NCBI GenBank assembly: GCA_963835405.1
Contig: CAWIFV010000004.1
Span: 71,506 to 135,505 of the forward strand
Length of the DNA: 64,000 bases
Origin: an uncultured Actinomycetota bacterium
Lineage (GTDB): Bacteria > Actinomycetota > Actinomycetes > JAFAQI01
Reading direction: 5' to 3'
The notes under the pieces were generated by a model. It searched no databases and was not told where the DNA came from. It saw nothing but the letters and a program-made list of their open reading frames with translations. Of the stretch, positions 55,801 to 64,000 are shown piece after piece. The stretch's first letter is position 1, and every line of letters starts with the position of its first letter. The position numbers were made by a program, and so were the translations under genes.

Positions 55801-57026
55801 ATGAACGCTGTGACTACCGAGCACGACCCGTCGGCCGAGCCGGACGACGGTCCTGGGCCGCGGTCGGCGACCGGCCGGCAGCTGCGGGAGCAGCTCGCGG
55901 ACGATGCCTGGCTCGATGAGTTGATCGACCGGGTCAGTGACGACGGCGTCCGGCTCACCGGCGAGGGCGGGTTCCTGCCCGAGCTGGTGAAGGCGGTGTT
56001 GGAACGCGGGCTGAAGGCCGAGCTGAGCGACCATCTCGGCTACGAGGCCGGCGACCCGGCTGGCCGCGGCTCGCCGAACAGCCGTAACGGCAGCACCCCG
56101 AAGACCGTGCAAAGCGAGGTCGGGCCGCTCGGCCTGGACGTGCCGCGGGACCGGCAGAGCACGTTCGAGCCGCGGCTGGTCCCGAAGGGCCAGCGGCGCC
56201 TGGGCGGCCTGGAGGAGCAGATCATCAGCCTCTACGCCGGCGGCATGACCGTGCGCGACATCGGCTTCCACTTCGAGCGGACGCTGGGCACCCAGCTCAG
56301 CCACGAGACGATCTCCAACATCACCGAGGCGGTCGCCGACGAAGTCAAAGCGTGGCAGACCCGGCCGCTCGAGGAGTTCTACCCGATCGTGTGGGTCGAC
56401 GCGTTGACGGTGAAGGTCCGCGACGGGCATACGGTGCGCAACAAGGCCGCGCATCTCGTGCTCGCCCTCGACCTCGACGGCGTCAAGCACGTGCTGGGCA
56501 TCTGGGTGCAGGCCACCGAGGGCGCGAAGTTCTGGGCCGGGGTCTGCGCCGACCTCGCCAACCGCGGCGTCAAAGACATCCTGATCGCCTGCTGCGACGG
56601 GCTGACCGGGCTGCCCGAGGCGATCGAGGCGACGTTCAAAGACACCACCGTGCAGACCTGCGTGGTGCACCTGATCCGCGCGTCGATGCGCTACGTCAAC
56701 TACGCCGACCGCAAGGCCGTCGCCGCAGCGCTGCGAACCATCTACACCGCGGTCAACGCCGACGCCGCTGAGCTGGCGTTGCTGGAGTTCGCCGAGTCCG
56801 ACCTCGGCACCAAGTACAAGGCGACCGTCGCGACTTGGCAGAACGCCTGGGAGCGGTTCATCCCGTTCCTCGCGTTCCCACCCGAGGTCCGCAAGATCAT
56901 CTACACCACGAACGGGATCGAGAGCCTGAACTACCAGCTCCGCAAGATCATCAAGAACCGCGGGCACTTCCCCAACGACGACGCCGTCATCAAGCTGCTC
57001 TGGCTCGCGATCCGCGACATCGAAGA
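55801..57026 (+). pseudogene. IS256-family transposase of element B, N-terminal about 408 codons, truncated by element C
   Basis: NSRNGSTPKTVQSEVGPLGLDVPRDRQSTFEPRLVPK, DALTVKVRD, CCDGLTGLPEAIEA, CVVHLIR, and IESLNYQLRKIIKNRGHFPNDDAVIKLLWLAIRDIE-. Confidence 0.85.
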
Positions 57027-57114
57027 TGGTTTGCGTCTGACTTCGTGACGCAGATCGGCGTGTCGATCAGACAACATCCGACGGGTTCTCCGAGTCTCAC
57101 CGGAGGATCCGATC

Positions 57115-57460
57115 ATGACCGAAGCAGACCGTGGAACCGACCGCGCCGGCCGGCGTGCGAAGCGGTTCCTGTCGCCGTCGCAGAAGTACGAGATCTGGTT
57201 GCAGCTGGTCCGCCAGGAGGTGACGATCGCGGAAGCGGCGACTCGAGCAGCACGTCGACCGTTCGACGATCATGCGGATCCGCACGGTGGCCAAGGAGGG
57301 TGCGTTGGCGGCTCTGGCGGCGTCGAAGCCCGGGGTGGCGGGGCGGGAACGGGACTACGAGCTGGAGCTGGCCAAGGCCGAGGTCGCCCGGTTGTCCGAG
57401 GCGCTGAAGGAGATGGCGGTCAAGCTCACGCTGGTCGAGGGAAAAGGCGGTTGGGGCTGA
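57115..57460 (+). pseudogene. IS3-family orfA (HTH) of element C, one frameshift near 57240
   Basis: MTEADRGTDRAGRRAKRFLSPSQKYEIWLQLVRQEVTIAEAA, then (ORF 57272..57460) MRIRTVAKEGALAALAAS...ELELAKAEVARLSEALKEMAVKLTLVEGKGGWG. Confidence 0.7.
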
Positions 57461-58536
57461 GTGGCCGGGTCCCGCGCCGGGTCGACGCGGCCACCAAAGC
57501 CGGGCTGCTCGACCTGCTCGACGCTGCAGTCGACGACGGCTGGTCGCTGCGCCGCGGCTGCGCCGAGCTGGAGCTGGCGCAGCGGCGGGCGCATCGCTGG
57601 ATCGCCCGGCGGGCCCGCGGTCAGCTGGCCGACAAGGCCCCCGGCGGGGCAGCCGATGCATGGGCTGCTGGCGGAGGAAGATCGCGAGATCTTCGCCTTG
57701 TTCGACGAGTGGGGCGAGACCGACCGGTCGCATCGCAAGCTGGCGCACCGCGGCTCCTACCTGCAGCGAGTGTGGGTGTCGCCGTCGACGGTGCGACGGG
57801 TGCTTTTCCTTGCCGATAAACACTTCCGGCCGCTGCCACGGCCCGGGCGCTCGGTGCGCAAGCCGTTCCCGGACTGGGTCGACTACACCCCGAACTCGAT
57901 CTGGATCTACGACACCACGCACTTCACCCGCGCCGGGATGGCCGTGCTGATCATCGAGGATCTGGTCAGCCGTAAATGGCTCACCGAGATCGTCTCCGCC
58001 GAGGAGACCTCCACCCAGGTCGAGCTCGCGTTCACCGCAGCACTCGAAGCCGAGGGGCTGCTCGAGACCGTCGGACGCCGCCACAGCGACGGCCGGGTCG
58101 ACCTGTCCGACGACGACGAGTCCCGGCCGATCCTGCTCGCCGTCTCCGACAACGGCCCGCAGATGACCTCGGGCTCGACCCGGGAGTTCCTGGCGCTGTG
58201 CGCGGTCGCGCAGCACTTCGGCCGGCCAGGCACACCGACCGACCAGGCCTGGATCGAAAGCCTCAACGGCCACGTCAAGGGCGAGTACCCGCACCTGCTC
58301 GCGATCCGCGACCCGGCCACCCTACGCGCCGAGCTCACCGTCACCCGGGCGCACTACAACGGCGTCCGGCTGCACGCCGGCATCGGCTACGTCACCCCCA
58401 ACGACGAACACGAAGGACGAGGTGAAGCCATCCGCAAAGCCCGCCAAGCCGGCCTCGAGCAGGCCCGGCTACACCGGCTTGCCTGGCACCGCCAGCACCG
58501 GCAAGTGAACCGCCCTGGGTCTGATGGAGGCTCGTC

Positions 58537-59492
58537 CTATTGGATTTCCCACCCCGGCGGGGTCGGCGGTGTTGGGCAGCGTAGAACGCCGCTTCGAACT
58601 CTGCTGGTGGGACGTCGCCGCAGTGGCCGTGCAGGCGCTGCTCGTTGAACCAGTGCACCCACGACAGCGTCGCCAGCTCGAGTTCCTCGACGTCGTCCCA
58701 GCCGTGTGTGTCGGGGCCGTAGACGCACTCGGTCTTGTACAGCCCGTTGGTCGTCTCGGCGAGCGCGTTGTCATAAGAGTCGGCGACGGTCCCGATCGAT
58801 CGGCCGGGCGCCGATCTCGTCGAGACGTTCGGTGAACCGCACCGACGTGAATTGCGACCCGGCATCGGAGTGTGTGACCAGTCCGACGAGCCGCCGGCCG
58901 CCGCGGGACGCCCGGGCCATCTCCACGCGCGTCGAGGACCATCTCGGTCTTCATGTTCGCCGCGACCCGCCAGCCGACGATCCGCCGGCGAACGCGTCGA
59001 CGATGAAGCGCACGTACGCCATCCCCGACCGGGTCGGGACATACGTCAGGTCGGTCACCCACAGCGCGTCCGGCCGGTCGGCGCGGAACAATCGGTTGAC
59101 CAGGTCCGGCGCGCGGGTCGCGTCCGGGTCGGCCTTGGTGGTGAACACCTTCTTGCGCATCCGGGACACGCCTTCGATGCCGAGCTGGCGCATCAGCCGG
59201 GCGACTTGGTCCCGGCCGACGTCGTGACCGGCGCGGCGGGCGGCCTTCCACAGCTTGTGCGCGCCATAGACCTTCCGGTTCGCCACCCACAAGGTGAGCA
59301 GGATCTGCATCATCACCGCGTCGCGCACCGCCCGCGCGGACGGCACGGTGCTGGCGGCGTTTCGCTGCGTAGTAGCTGCTCGGAGCCACCTGCAGGTGTC
59401 CTGCAGATGAACTCGACTCCGAACTCAGCACGGTGCTCGTCGACGAAGTCGACGATCACCTCGAGGGGCGGTCGAGCTCCGCCGCGAAAAAA
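58537..59492 (-). pseudogene. IS3-family orfB (DDE integrase) of element D, multiply frameshifted; 3' end uncertain
   Basis: VIVDFVDEHRAEFGVE, NRKVYGAHKLWKAARRAGHDVGRDQVARLMRQLGIEG, LWVTDLTYVPT, VTHSDAGSQFTS-type region, and ADSYDNALAETTNGLYKTE ... LSWVHWFNEQRLHG, across several frames. Confidence 0.75.
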
Positions 59493-59799
59493 GCCGATGC
59501 CCGCTTGAGTAGATCGTTCGCCCGGCGCAGCTCCCGGTTCTCCTGCTCGAGCTCCTTGATCCTCCGCCTGCTCCGCGCTGGTCACGCCCGGCTTCGACAC
59601 CGTCGTCGATGTCGGCCTGCTTGACCCACGTCCGCAGCGACTCGACCCCGCAGCCGATCTGCTCAGCGACCCGCTGGATCGTGCCGTGGTTGGTGCCGAG
59701 CTCCTTGCGCAGCTGGCGCACCAGCCGCACCGCCCTGGCCTTCTCCTCCGGCGAGTACCGACGCGTCGTCGGCTTCCCGGGACTCCGCTCGTTCCCCAT
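59456..59799 (-). pseudogene. IS3-family orfA of element D, frameshifted
   Basis: MGNERSPGKPTTRRYSPEEKARAVRLVRQLRKELGTNHGTIQRVAEQIGCGVESLRTWVKQADIDDG. The leucine-zipper end is readable as ..ASAFFAAELDRPSR-stop. Confidence 0.75.
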
Positions 59800-59934
59800 G
59801 ACTCCATCCTCGTTTCCAAGGTCAGGAGCCTCCAAGGAACCCAGGGCGGTTCAAAGATCAACCCGACCAGGACCCCGACGATGTTGGCTAATCAAACGCC
59901 GAAGTGCGACACAAAGTCAGACACACGTCAAAGA

Positions 59935-60094
59935 CAAGCGCGCCCGAGCCCGAGCCAAGGAGAAGAACATCCCCAAGGGCGAACGCAAAGCGCCCGGCCG
60001 ACTCATCGAAGGCGCCACCACCCAAGGCTGGAAGCAAGCCCTCAACGCACTCGCGCTCGCCTACCCCGACCGCTTCGCCAACTACATCCACTGA
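59935..60094 (+). pseudogene. C-terminal remnant of the element B IS256-family transposase
   Basis: (D)KRARARAKEKNIPKGERKAPGRLIEGATTQGWKQALNALALAYPDRFANYIH-stop. It continues ..RDIE from 57026 once element C is removed. Confidence 0.8.
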
Positions 60095-60135
60095 TGATCA
60101 CCAAGGCCACTTACACAGACACCTTGACAGGCTCC

Positions 60136-60611
60136 ACTACTACGCAGCGAACCTGATGGCGATCACGCCGAAGGCCGCCTGGGGGTGGGTGAAGGCGCTG
60201 CTGCACTCGGTCTATGACCAGCCGAACGCCAAGGCGGTGCACGAGCAGTTCGACCGGGTCCTCGACGCCCTCACCGACAAGCTGCCCGCGGTCGCCGAGC
60301 ACCTTGATGACGCCCGCGCCGACATCCTCGCCTTCACCGCGTTCCCGAAGGAGATCTGGCGGCAGATCTGGAGCAACAACCCCAACGAGCGGCTCAACCG
60401 CGAGATCCGCCTGCGCACCGACGTCGTCGGAATCTTCCCCGACCGCGACTCGCTGATCCGCCTCGTCGGCGCCGTGCTCGCCGAACAACACGACGAGTGG
60501 ACCGAGATGCGCCGCTACATCGGCCTCGACGTCCTCACCCGCTGCCGCATCACCCCCAGCGACAGCGCCGAAACCACCGAGGAGGTGCCACTGGCCGCGA
60601 TCACCGCCTAA
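60136..60611 (+). pseudogene. C-terminal remnant of the element A IS256-family transposase
   Basis: YYAANLMAITPKAAWGWVKALLHSVYDQPNAKAVHEQF ... SNNPNERLNREIRLRTDVVGIFPDRDSLIRLVGAVLAEQHDEW. It continues WQRCRTH from about 55730. Confidence 0.85.
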
Positions 60612-60668
60612 AGTCCAGAACGGATCACGCGGCGACTGGCTTCACACACCACGCCCAGGGACGCGACC

Positions 60669-61059
60669 AGCCCGGGAGCCCAGCGGTGGTTCACCGGTGG
60701 GCTATGGCGACAGTGGTGATTCATCCGTGGGGGTTGGGGCCCCAGCGGTGGTTCACCGGTGGGTGAGCCCGGGAGCCCAGCGGTGGTTCACCGGTGGGCT
60801 ATGGCGACAGTGGTGATTCATCCGTGGGAGCTGGGACCCCAGCAGTGATTCACCGGTGGGAGGGCCCGGAGCCCAGCGGTGGTTCACCGGTGGGCTATGG
60901 CAACAGTGGTGATTCATCCGTGGGGGCCGGGCACCCCAGCAGTGATTCACCGGTGGGAGGGCCCGGAGCCCAGCGGTGGTTCACCGGTGGGCTATGGCAA
61001 CAGTGGTGATTCATCCGTGGGGGCTGGGACCCCAGCAGTGATTCACCGGTGGGTGAGCC
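60669..61059. repeat. Four tandem units (97, 97, 97 and 96 bp) of the composite repeat array (right of the IS nest)
   Basis: Units start at 60670, 60767, 60864 and 60961. Each reads GCCCGG(G)AG + CCCAGCGGTGGTTCACCGGTGGG + CTATGGC(G/A)ACAGTGGTGATTCATCCGTGGG + about 9 nt + CCCAGC(G/A)GTG(G/A)TTCACCGGTGGG + (TGA/AGG). Confidence 0.9.
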
Positions 61060-61083
61060 TCGGGGGGAGGGGGCAGCAGGTGG

Positions 61084-61467
61084 TCAGTCCCAGGTCGTCG
61101 CGTGCGCCTCGAACGCGTCCTTGAGCTGCACCTGTACGACGCAGAAGACGGTGCCGGCGGGGTCGCGCATGACCACCCAGCTGTGGTGGCGCCCGATCTC
61201 GGTGGCGCCGAGGGCCTTCAGCCGGCCGACCTCGGCCTCCACGTCGTCACTCTCGATGTCGAGGTGGACGCGCGGCGCCGGGTCGCCGGTGGACTGCACC
61301 ATGAACTCGATGCCCGGCGTCACCTCGCCGAAGGCGACGTACTCCGGGAACTTCTCGTAGACCTTGCCCTCCCGGCCGAATGCGCGGGACCAGAACGACG
61401 CGGTGCGCTCGTGGTCGGCGGCGGGGACGTCGACGAGCACGGACGTGAGACGGCTGCGATGAGTCAT
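61084..61467 (-). CDS. VOC (glyoxalase/bleomycin-resistance/dioxygenase fold) family protein
   Basis: Intact 127-aa ORF with a paired beta-alpha-beta-beta-beta-type sequence (RVHLDIESDDVEAEVGRLKALGA..VVMRDPAGTVFCVV). Confidence 0.65.
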   Translation of the reverse strand: MTHRSRLTSVLVDVPAADHERTASFWSRAFGREGKVYEKFPEYVAFGEVTPGIEFMVQSTGDPAPRVHLDIESDDVEAEVGRLKALGATEIGRHHSWVVMRDPAGTVFCVVQVQLKDAFEAHATTWD

Positions 61468-61510
61468 GGGCGAAAGCCTGCCACCGCCACCCGACCGGTG
61501 CCCACATCCG

Positions 61511-61571
61511 GTTGAGTGCGACGGCCGGTGTCATATCCGCGCGTCGCAAGACACGGAACGTCGCACTCAAC
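61511..61571. repeat. Degenerate second copy of the truB-type palindromic element
   Basis: GTTGAGTGCGACG GCCGGTGTC ATATCCG...GACACGG AA CGTCGCACTCAAC. It has 13-bp perfect outer arms and shares GAGTGCGACG..GTGTC.TATCCG with 19259-19313. Confidence 0.75.
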
Positions 61572-61600
61572 GGCAGGGGAGGGGGAGAGGGTGTCGGGAC

Positions 61601-62401
61601 TCAGGCGGTGACGAAGTCGATGAGCGCCTCGACCGGGCCGAGCAGCTCCGGCTCCAGGTCGAGGTAGCTCCGCACGCTCGCGCGGATCCGGCGCCACGCC
61701 GCCGGTGCATCGGCCTCGCCGAGCGCGGCGGCGATGCCGTCCTTCCACGACCGGCCCCTCGGGATCTCCGGCCAGGCGGCCAGGCCCAGCCGGGCGGGTT
61801 TGACCGCTTGCCAGATGTCGACGTACGGGTGGCCGACGACGAGGACGTGTGGACCGGTGACCTGCGCGGCGATCGAGGACTCCTTCGTGCCCGGCCGGAG
61901 GTGGTCGAGCAGCACGCCGAGCCGGGCGTCCGGCCCGGGCTCGAAGTCGCGGACGACGGCCGGCAGGTTGTCCGCACCCTCGAGCTGCTCGACGACGACT
62001 CCCTCGGCGCGCAGGTCGTCTCCCCAGACCGCCTCGACCAGCTCGCAGTCGTGCAGCCCCTCGACGAAGATCCGGCTCGTCCGCGCGACCCGCGCCCGCT
62101 CCCCGCGCACGGCGACCGACCCGGACGCGGTGCGCGCGGGCCGGATCGGCGACGCCGGCGTCGGCCGGGTCAGGGTGACCGGCTTGCCCTCGAGGAGGAA
62201 GCCGGCCGTCGTATAGGGAAAGACGCGGCGCTTGGCGAACCGGTCCTCGAGTGTCACCGATGCCCGGTCGACGACGACGATCTCGCCGCAGAAGCCCGAC
62301 TGCGCGTCCTCGACGACCATGCCGGCCGCGGCGGGCACCCGCGGGACCTCGGGCCGGGGCCGCCGAGCGAGGACGTCCGGGCCGTAGTCCCTGCTGCGCA
62401 C
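61601..62401 (-). CDS. Conserved actinobacterial protein, DUF3097-like (family name from memory)
   Basis: Intact 266-aa ORF from a GTG, divergent from miaB as in mycobacterial gene order; IFVEGLHDCELVEAVWGDDLRAEGVVVEQLEG. Confidence 0.6.
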   Translation of the reverse strand: MRSRDYGPDVLARRPRPEVPRVPAAAGMVVEDAQSGFCGEIVVVDRASVTLEDRFAKRRVFPYTTAGFLLEGKPVTLTRPTPASPIRPARTASGSVAVRGERARVARTSRIFVEGLHDCELVEAVWGDDLRAEGVVVEQLEGADNLPAVVRDFEPGPDARLGVLLDHLRPGTKESSIAAQVTGPHVLVVGHPYVDIWQAVKPARLGLAAWPEIPRGRSWKDGIAAALGEADAPAAWRRIRASVRSYLDLEPELLGPVEALIDFVTA

Positions 62402-62407
62402 CGCGCG

Positions 62408-62413
62408 ACCCTA
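62408..62413 (-). promoter_or_regulatory. Putative -10 hexamer TAGGGT for the leaderless DUF3097-like gene
   Basis: On the minus strand: TAGGGT, then 6 nt, then the GTG at 62401. Confidence 0.35.
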
Positions 62414-62464
62414 CGGCCGCGCCCGCCGCCCGCCCGGGATTTCCGGCCGCGGCGGGCGCGTCCG

Positions 62465-62470
62465 TAACCT
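62465..62470 (+). promoter_or_regulatory. Putative -10 hexamer TAACCT for leaderless miaB
   Basis: TAACCT, then 6 nt, then the GTG at 62477. Confidence 0.35.
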
Positions 62471-62476
62471 GGGACC

Positions 62477-63997
62477 GTGACTGCGCGCACGTACGACGTC
62501 CGCACCTACGGGTGCCAGATGAACGTGCACGACTCCGAGCGCATCGCCGGCCTGCTCGAAGCGGCCGGCTACGCCCGGGTCACCGGCGATGCCACGCCCG
62601 ACGTCGTCGTGTTCAACACCTGCGCGGTCCGCGAGAACGCCGACAACCGGCTCTACGGCAACCTCGGCCACCTGCTGCCGGTGAAGAAGTCGCACCCGGG
62701 CATGCAGATCGCCGTCGGCGGCTGCCTCGCCCAGAAGGACGGTCAGACCGTCGTCGATCGCGCCCCCTGGGTCGACGTCGTCTTCGGCACCCACAACATC
62801 GGGTCGCTGCCGGTGCTGCTCGAGCGGGCGCGGGTCGAACGCGAGGCGCAGGTCGAGCTGCTCGAGGCGCTGGAGACGTTCCCGTCGACGCTGCCCACCC
62901 GGCGTGAGTCGCCGTACCGCGCCTGGGTGTCGATCAGCGTCGGCTGCAACAACACCTGCACGTTCTGCATCGTGCCGTCGCTGCGCGGCAAGGAACGCGA
63001 CCGGCGACCGGGCGAGATCCTGCGCGAGGTCGAGACCCTCGTCGCCGACGGCGTGCTCGAGGTCACGCTGCTCGGGCAGAACGTCAACTCCTATGGCGTC
63101 GAGTTCGGTGACACCCAGGCGTTCGGAAAGCTGCTGCGCGCGTGCGGCGACGTGGCCGGGCTCGAACGTGTCCGCTTCACCAGTCCCTCACCCGCGCGAC
63201 TTCACCGACGACGTCATCGCCGCGATGGCCGAGACGCCCAACGTCATGCCGAGCCTGCACATGCCGTTGCAGTCCGGCTCCGACCGCGTCCTCAAGGCGA
63301 TGCGCCGCTCCTACCGCGCCGAGCGCTACCTCGCCATCATCGACCGGGTCCGCGCCGCCATCCCGGATGCGGCGATCACCACCGACGTCATCGTCGGCTT
63401 CCCCGGCGAGACCGAGGCCGACTTCGCGCAGACCCTCGACGTCGTGCGGGCGGCCAGGTTCGCCGGCGCGTTCACCTTCCAGTACTCCACGCCGTCCCGG
63501 CACTCCCGCCGCCGACCTGCCCGACCAGGTCGCGCCCGCCGGTCGTGGCCGAGCGCTACCAGCGCCTCGTCGACCTCGTCGAGGAGATCTCGTGGGCGGA
63601 GAACAGGCGGTACGACGGCGCGACGGTCGACGTCCTGGTCTCCGAGGGCGAGGGCCGCAAGGACGGCACGACGAAGCGGCTGTCCGGCCGGGCGGCGGAC
63701 AACCGGTTGGTCCACCTGGCCACGGCCGGCGCGGGGGATGCCGGCGTCGTACCGCGCCCAGGGGATGTCGTCACCGCGCGGGTCACCCACGCCGCCCCGC
63801 ACCATCTCGTCGCCGACGACGTCGTGGCGGTGCGACGCACCCGCGGCGGCGATGCGTGGGCCGCCCGGCAGGAGCAGGCGCCGAGCCGGGGCGCCGCGGT
63901 CCCGCTGGGGATGCCGGGGACGCCGGGGACGCCGGGGACGCCGGGGACGCCGGGGACGCCGGGGACGCCGGGGATGCCGGGGACGCGCCCTGCCTGA
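62477..63997 (+). pseudogene. miaB: tRNA-2-methylthio-N6-dimethylallyladenosine synthase MiaB, about 3 frameshifts (63185-63540) as sequenced
   Basis: [16 protein letters not shown], radical-SAM [30 protein letters not shown] and [11 protein letters not shown] (the latter two in ORF-track shadow frames), and the TRAM tail [18 protein letters not shown]. Confidence 0.85.
63911..63982 (+). repeat. 9-bp microsatellite x8 inside the 3' end of miaB
   Basis: A(T/C)GCCGGGG repeated 8 times, in frame, encoding MPG-(TPG)6-MPG just before the stop. Confidence 0.9.
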
Positions 63998-64000
63998 CCC

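Larger units (their letters stand above)
58506..59853 (-). mobile_element. IS3-family element D (1348 bp) inserted near the 3' end of orfB of element C
   Basis: Identical 15-bp termini TGAACCGCCCTGGGT at 58506-58520 and, as the reverse complement, at 59839-59853. The 3-bp direct repeat AAG is at 58503-58505 and 59854-59856. Confidence 0.9.
57439..59891 (+). pseudogene. IS3-family orfB (DDE integrase) of element C; entered by a -1 slip at GGGAAAA, one extra frameshift near 57650, split by element D
   Basis: rve-type IWIYDTTHF, LLAVSDNGPQMTS and WIESLNGHVKGEY. After element D is removed the frame continues HRQ-DQPDQDPDDVG to TAA at 59889-59891. Confidence 0.75.
57027..59930 (+). mobile_element. 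IS3-family element C (own length about 1.55 kb) inserted in the transposase gene of element B
   Basis: TG...CA ends. About 40-bp inverted repeats TGGTTTGCGTCTGACTTCGTGACGCAGATCGGCGT versus the complement of ACGCCGAAGTGCGACACAAAGTCAGACACACGTCA. The 4-bp direct repeat AAGA is at 57023-57026 and 59931-59934. Confidence 0.85.
55737..60135 (+). mobile_element. IS256-family element B (own length about 1.49 kb) inserted in the transposase gene of element A; ends within about 10 bp
   Basis: Terminal repeats GGGCGTGTCAGATCGTCTGTGTAAGTAGC versus the complement of GCCACTTACACAGACACCTTGACAGGCTCC. The flanking CTACGC-containing duplication is imperfect. Confidence 0.7.
54826..60668 (+). mobile_element. 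IS256-family element A (own length about 1.43 kb), disrupted by nested insertions
   Basis: Imperfect terminal inverted repeats (A)GTTGCGTCCACGGTCGTGGTGT versus the complement of ACACCACGCCCAGGGACGCGAC(C). It is flanked by the direct repeat AGCCCGGG(A) at 54818 and 60669. Confidence 0.8.

Noticed and set aside
60753-61124. ORFs of 65-89 aa on both strands across the 97-bp array (for example 60794..61009 +, 60753..60950 -), and the similar ones at 54570..54818.
   Set aside because: They are a by-product of the tandem repeat. The peptides are periodic and Trp/His/Cys/Gly-rich, they have no SD, the frame differs between units because 97 is not a multiple of 3, and ORFs are present on both strands.

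Overview
This 64-kb window is from a very GC-rich actinobacterial-type chromosome. Third codon positions are almost always G/C, and long stop-free shadow ORFs occur on both strands. It is mostly conserved core genome on the + strand, in this order: rseP (3' part)-ispG-GNAT; a five-gene peptide/nickel-type ABC importer; proS-HAD; DUF4439 (-); rimP-nusA-ylxR-infB-DUF503-rbfA-truB-ribF; rpsO-pnp-M16 peptidase-dapB; an EAL/HTH protein and a membrane-anchored BNR protein; thyA-folA-dapA-rnj-ftsK; a RodZ-like HTH gene, rimO-pgsA-cinA, a clgR-like gene and tetR; nei (-) and lhr (-); DUF3046-recA-recX-rny; a ~1287-codon M6-type metalloprotease; an IS nest; VOC (-) and DUF3097-like (-); miaB. Five things are not routine. 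(1) recA is interrupted by a 369-codon LAGLIDADG intein at the [13 protein letters not shown] site. (2) A four-level nested IS insertion (IS256-like > IS256-like > IS3-like > IS3-like) has readable target-site duplications at three levels. (3) There are several unassigned repeat families: a five-unit 97-bp composite array that the IS nest split, five 40-bp double-hairpin repeats between DUF3046 and the recA SOS box, and a perfect 27-bp-arm palindrome after truB with a degenerate second copy. (4) Many genes look leaderless, with TANNNT 6-7 nt upstream of the start codon. (5) Single-base frameshifts are very dense but confined to blocks. They hit essential genes (proS, infB, pgsA, recA), while about 15 kb (15.3-30.5 kb) has none. 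I read this as consensus indel error rather than biology, but it needs checking. I found no tRNA, rRNA, CRISPR array or recognisable defence or toxin system, and nothing I can defend as a complete novel multi-gene system. The most open questions are the repeat arrays and the small gene between lhr and nei. Coordinates of frameshifted genes are outer boundaries. Internal frameshift positions are approximate because they were read by eye from the six-frame track.
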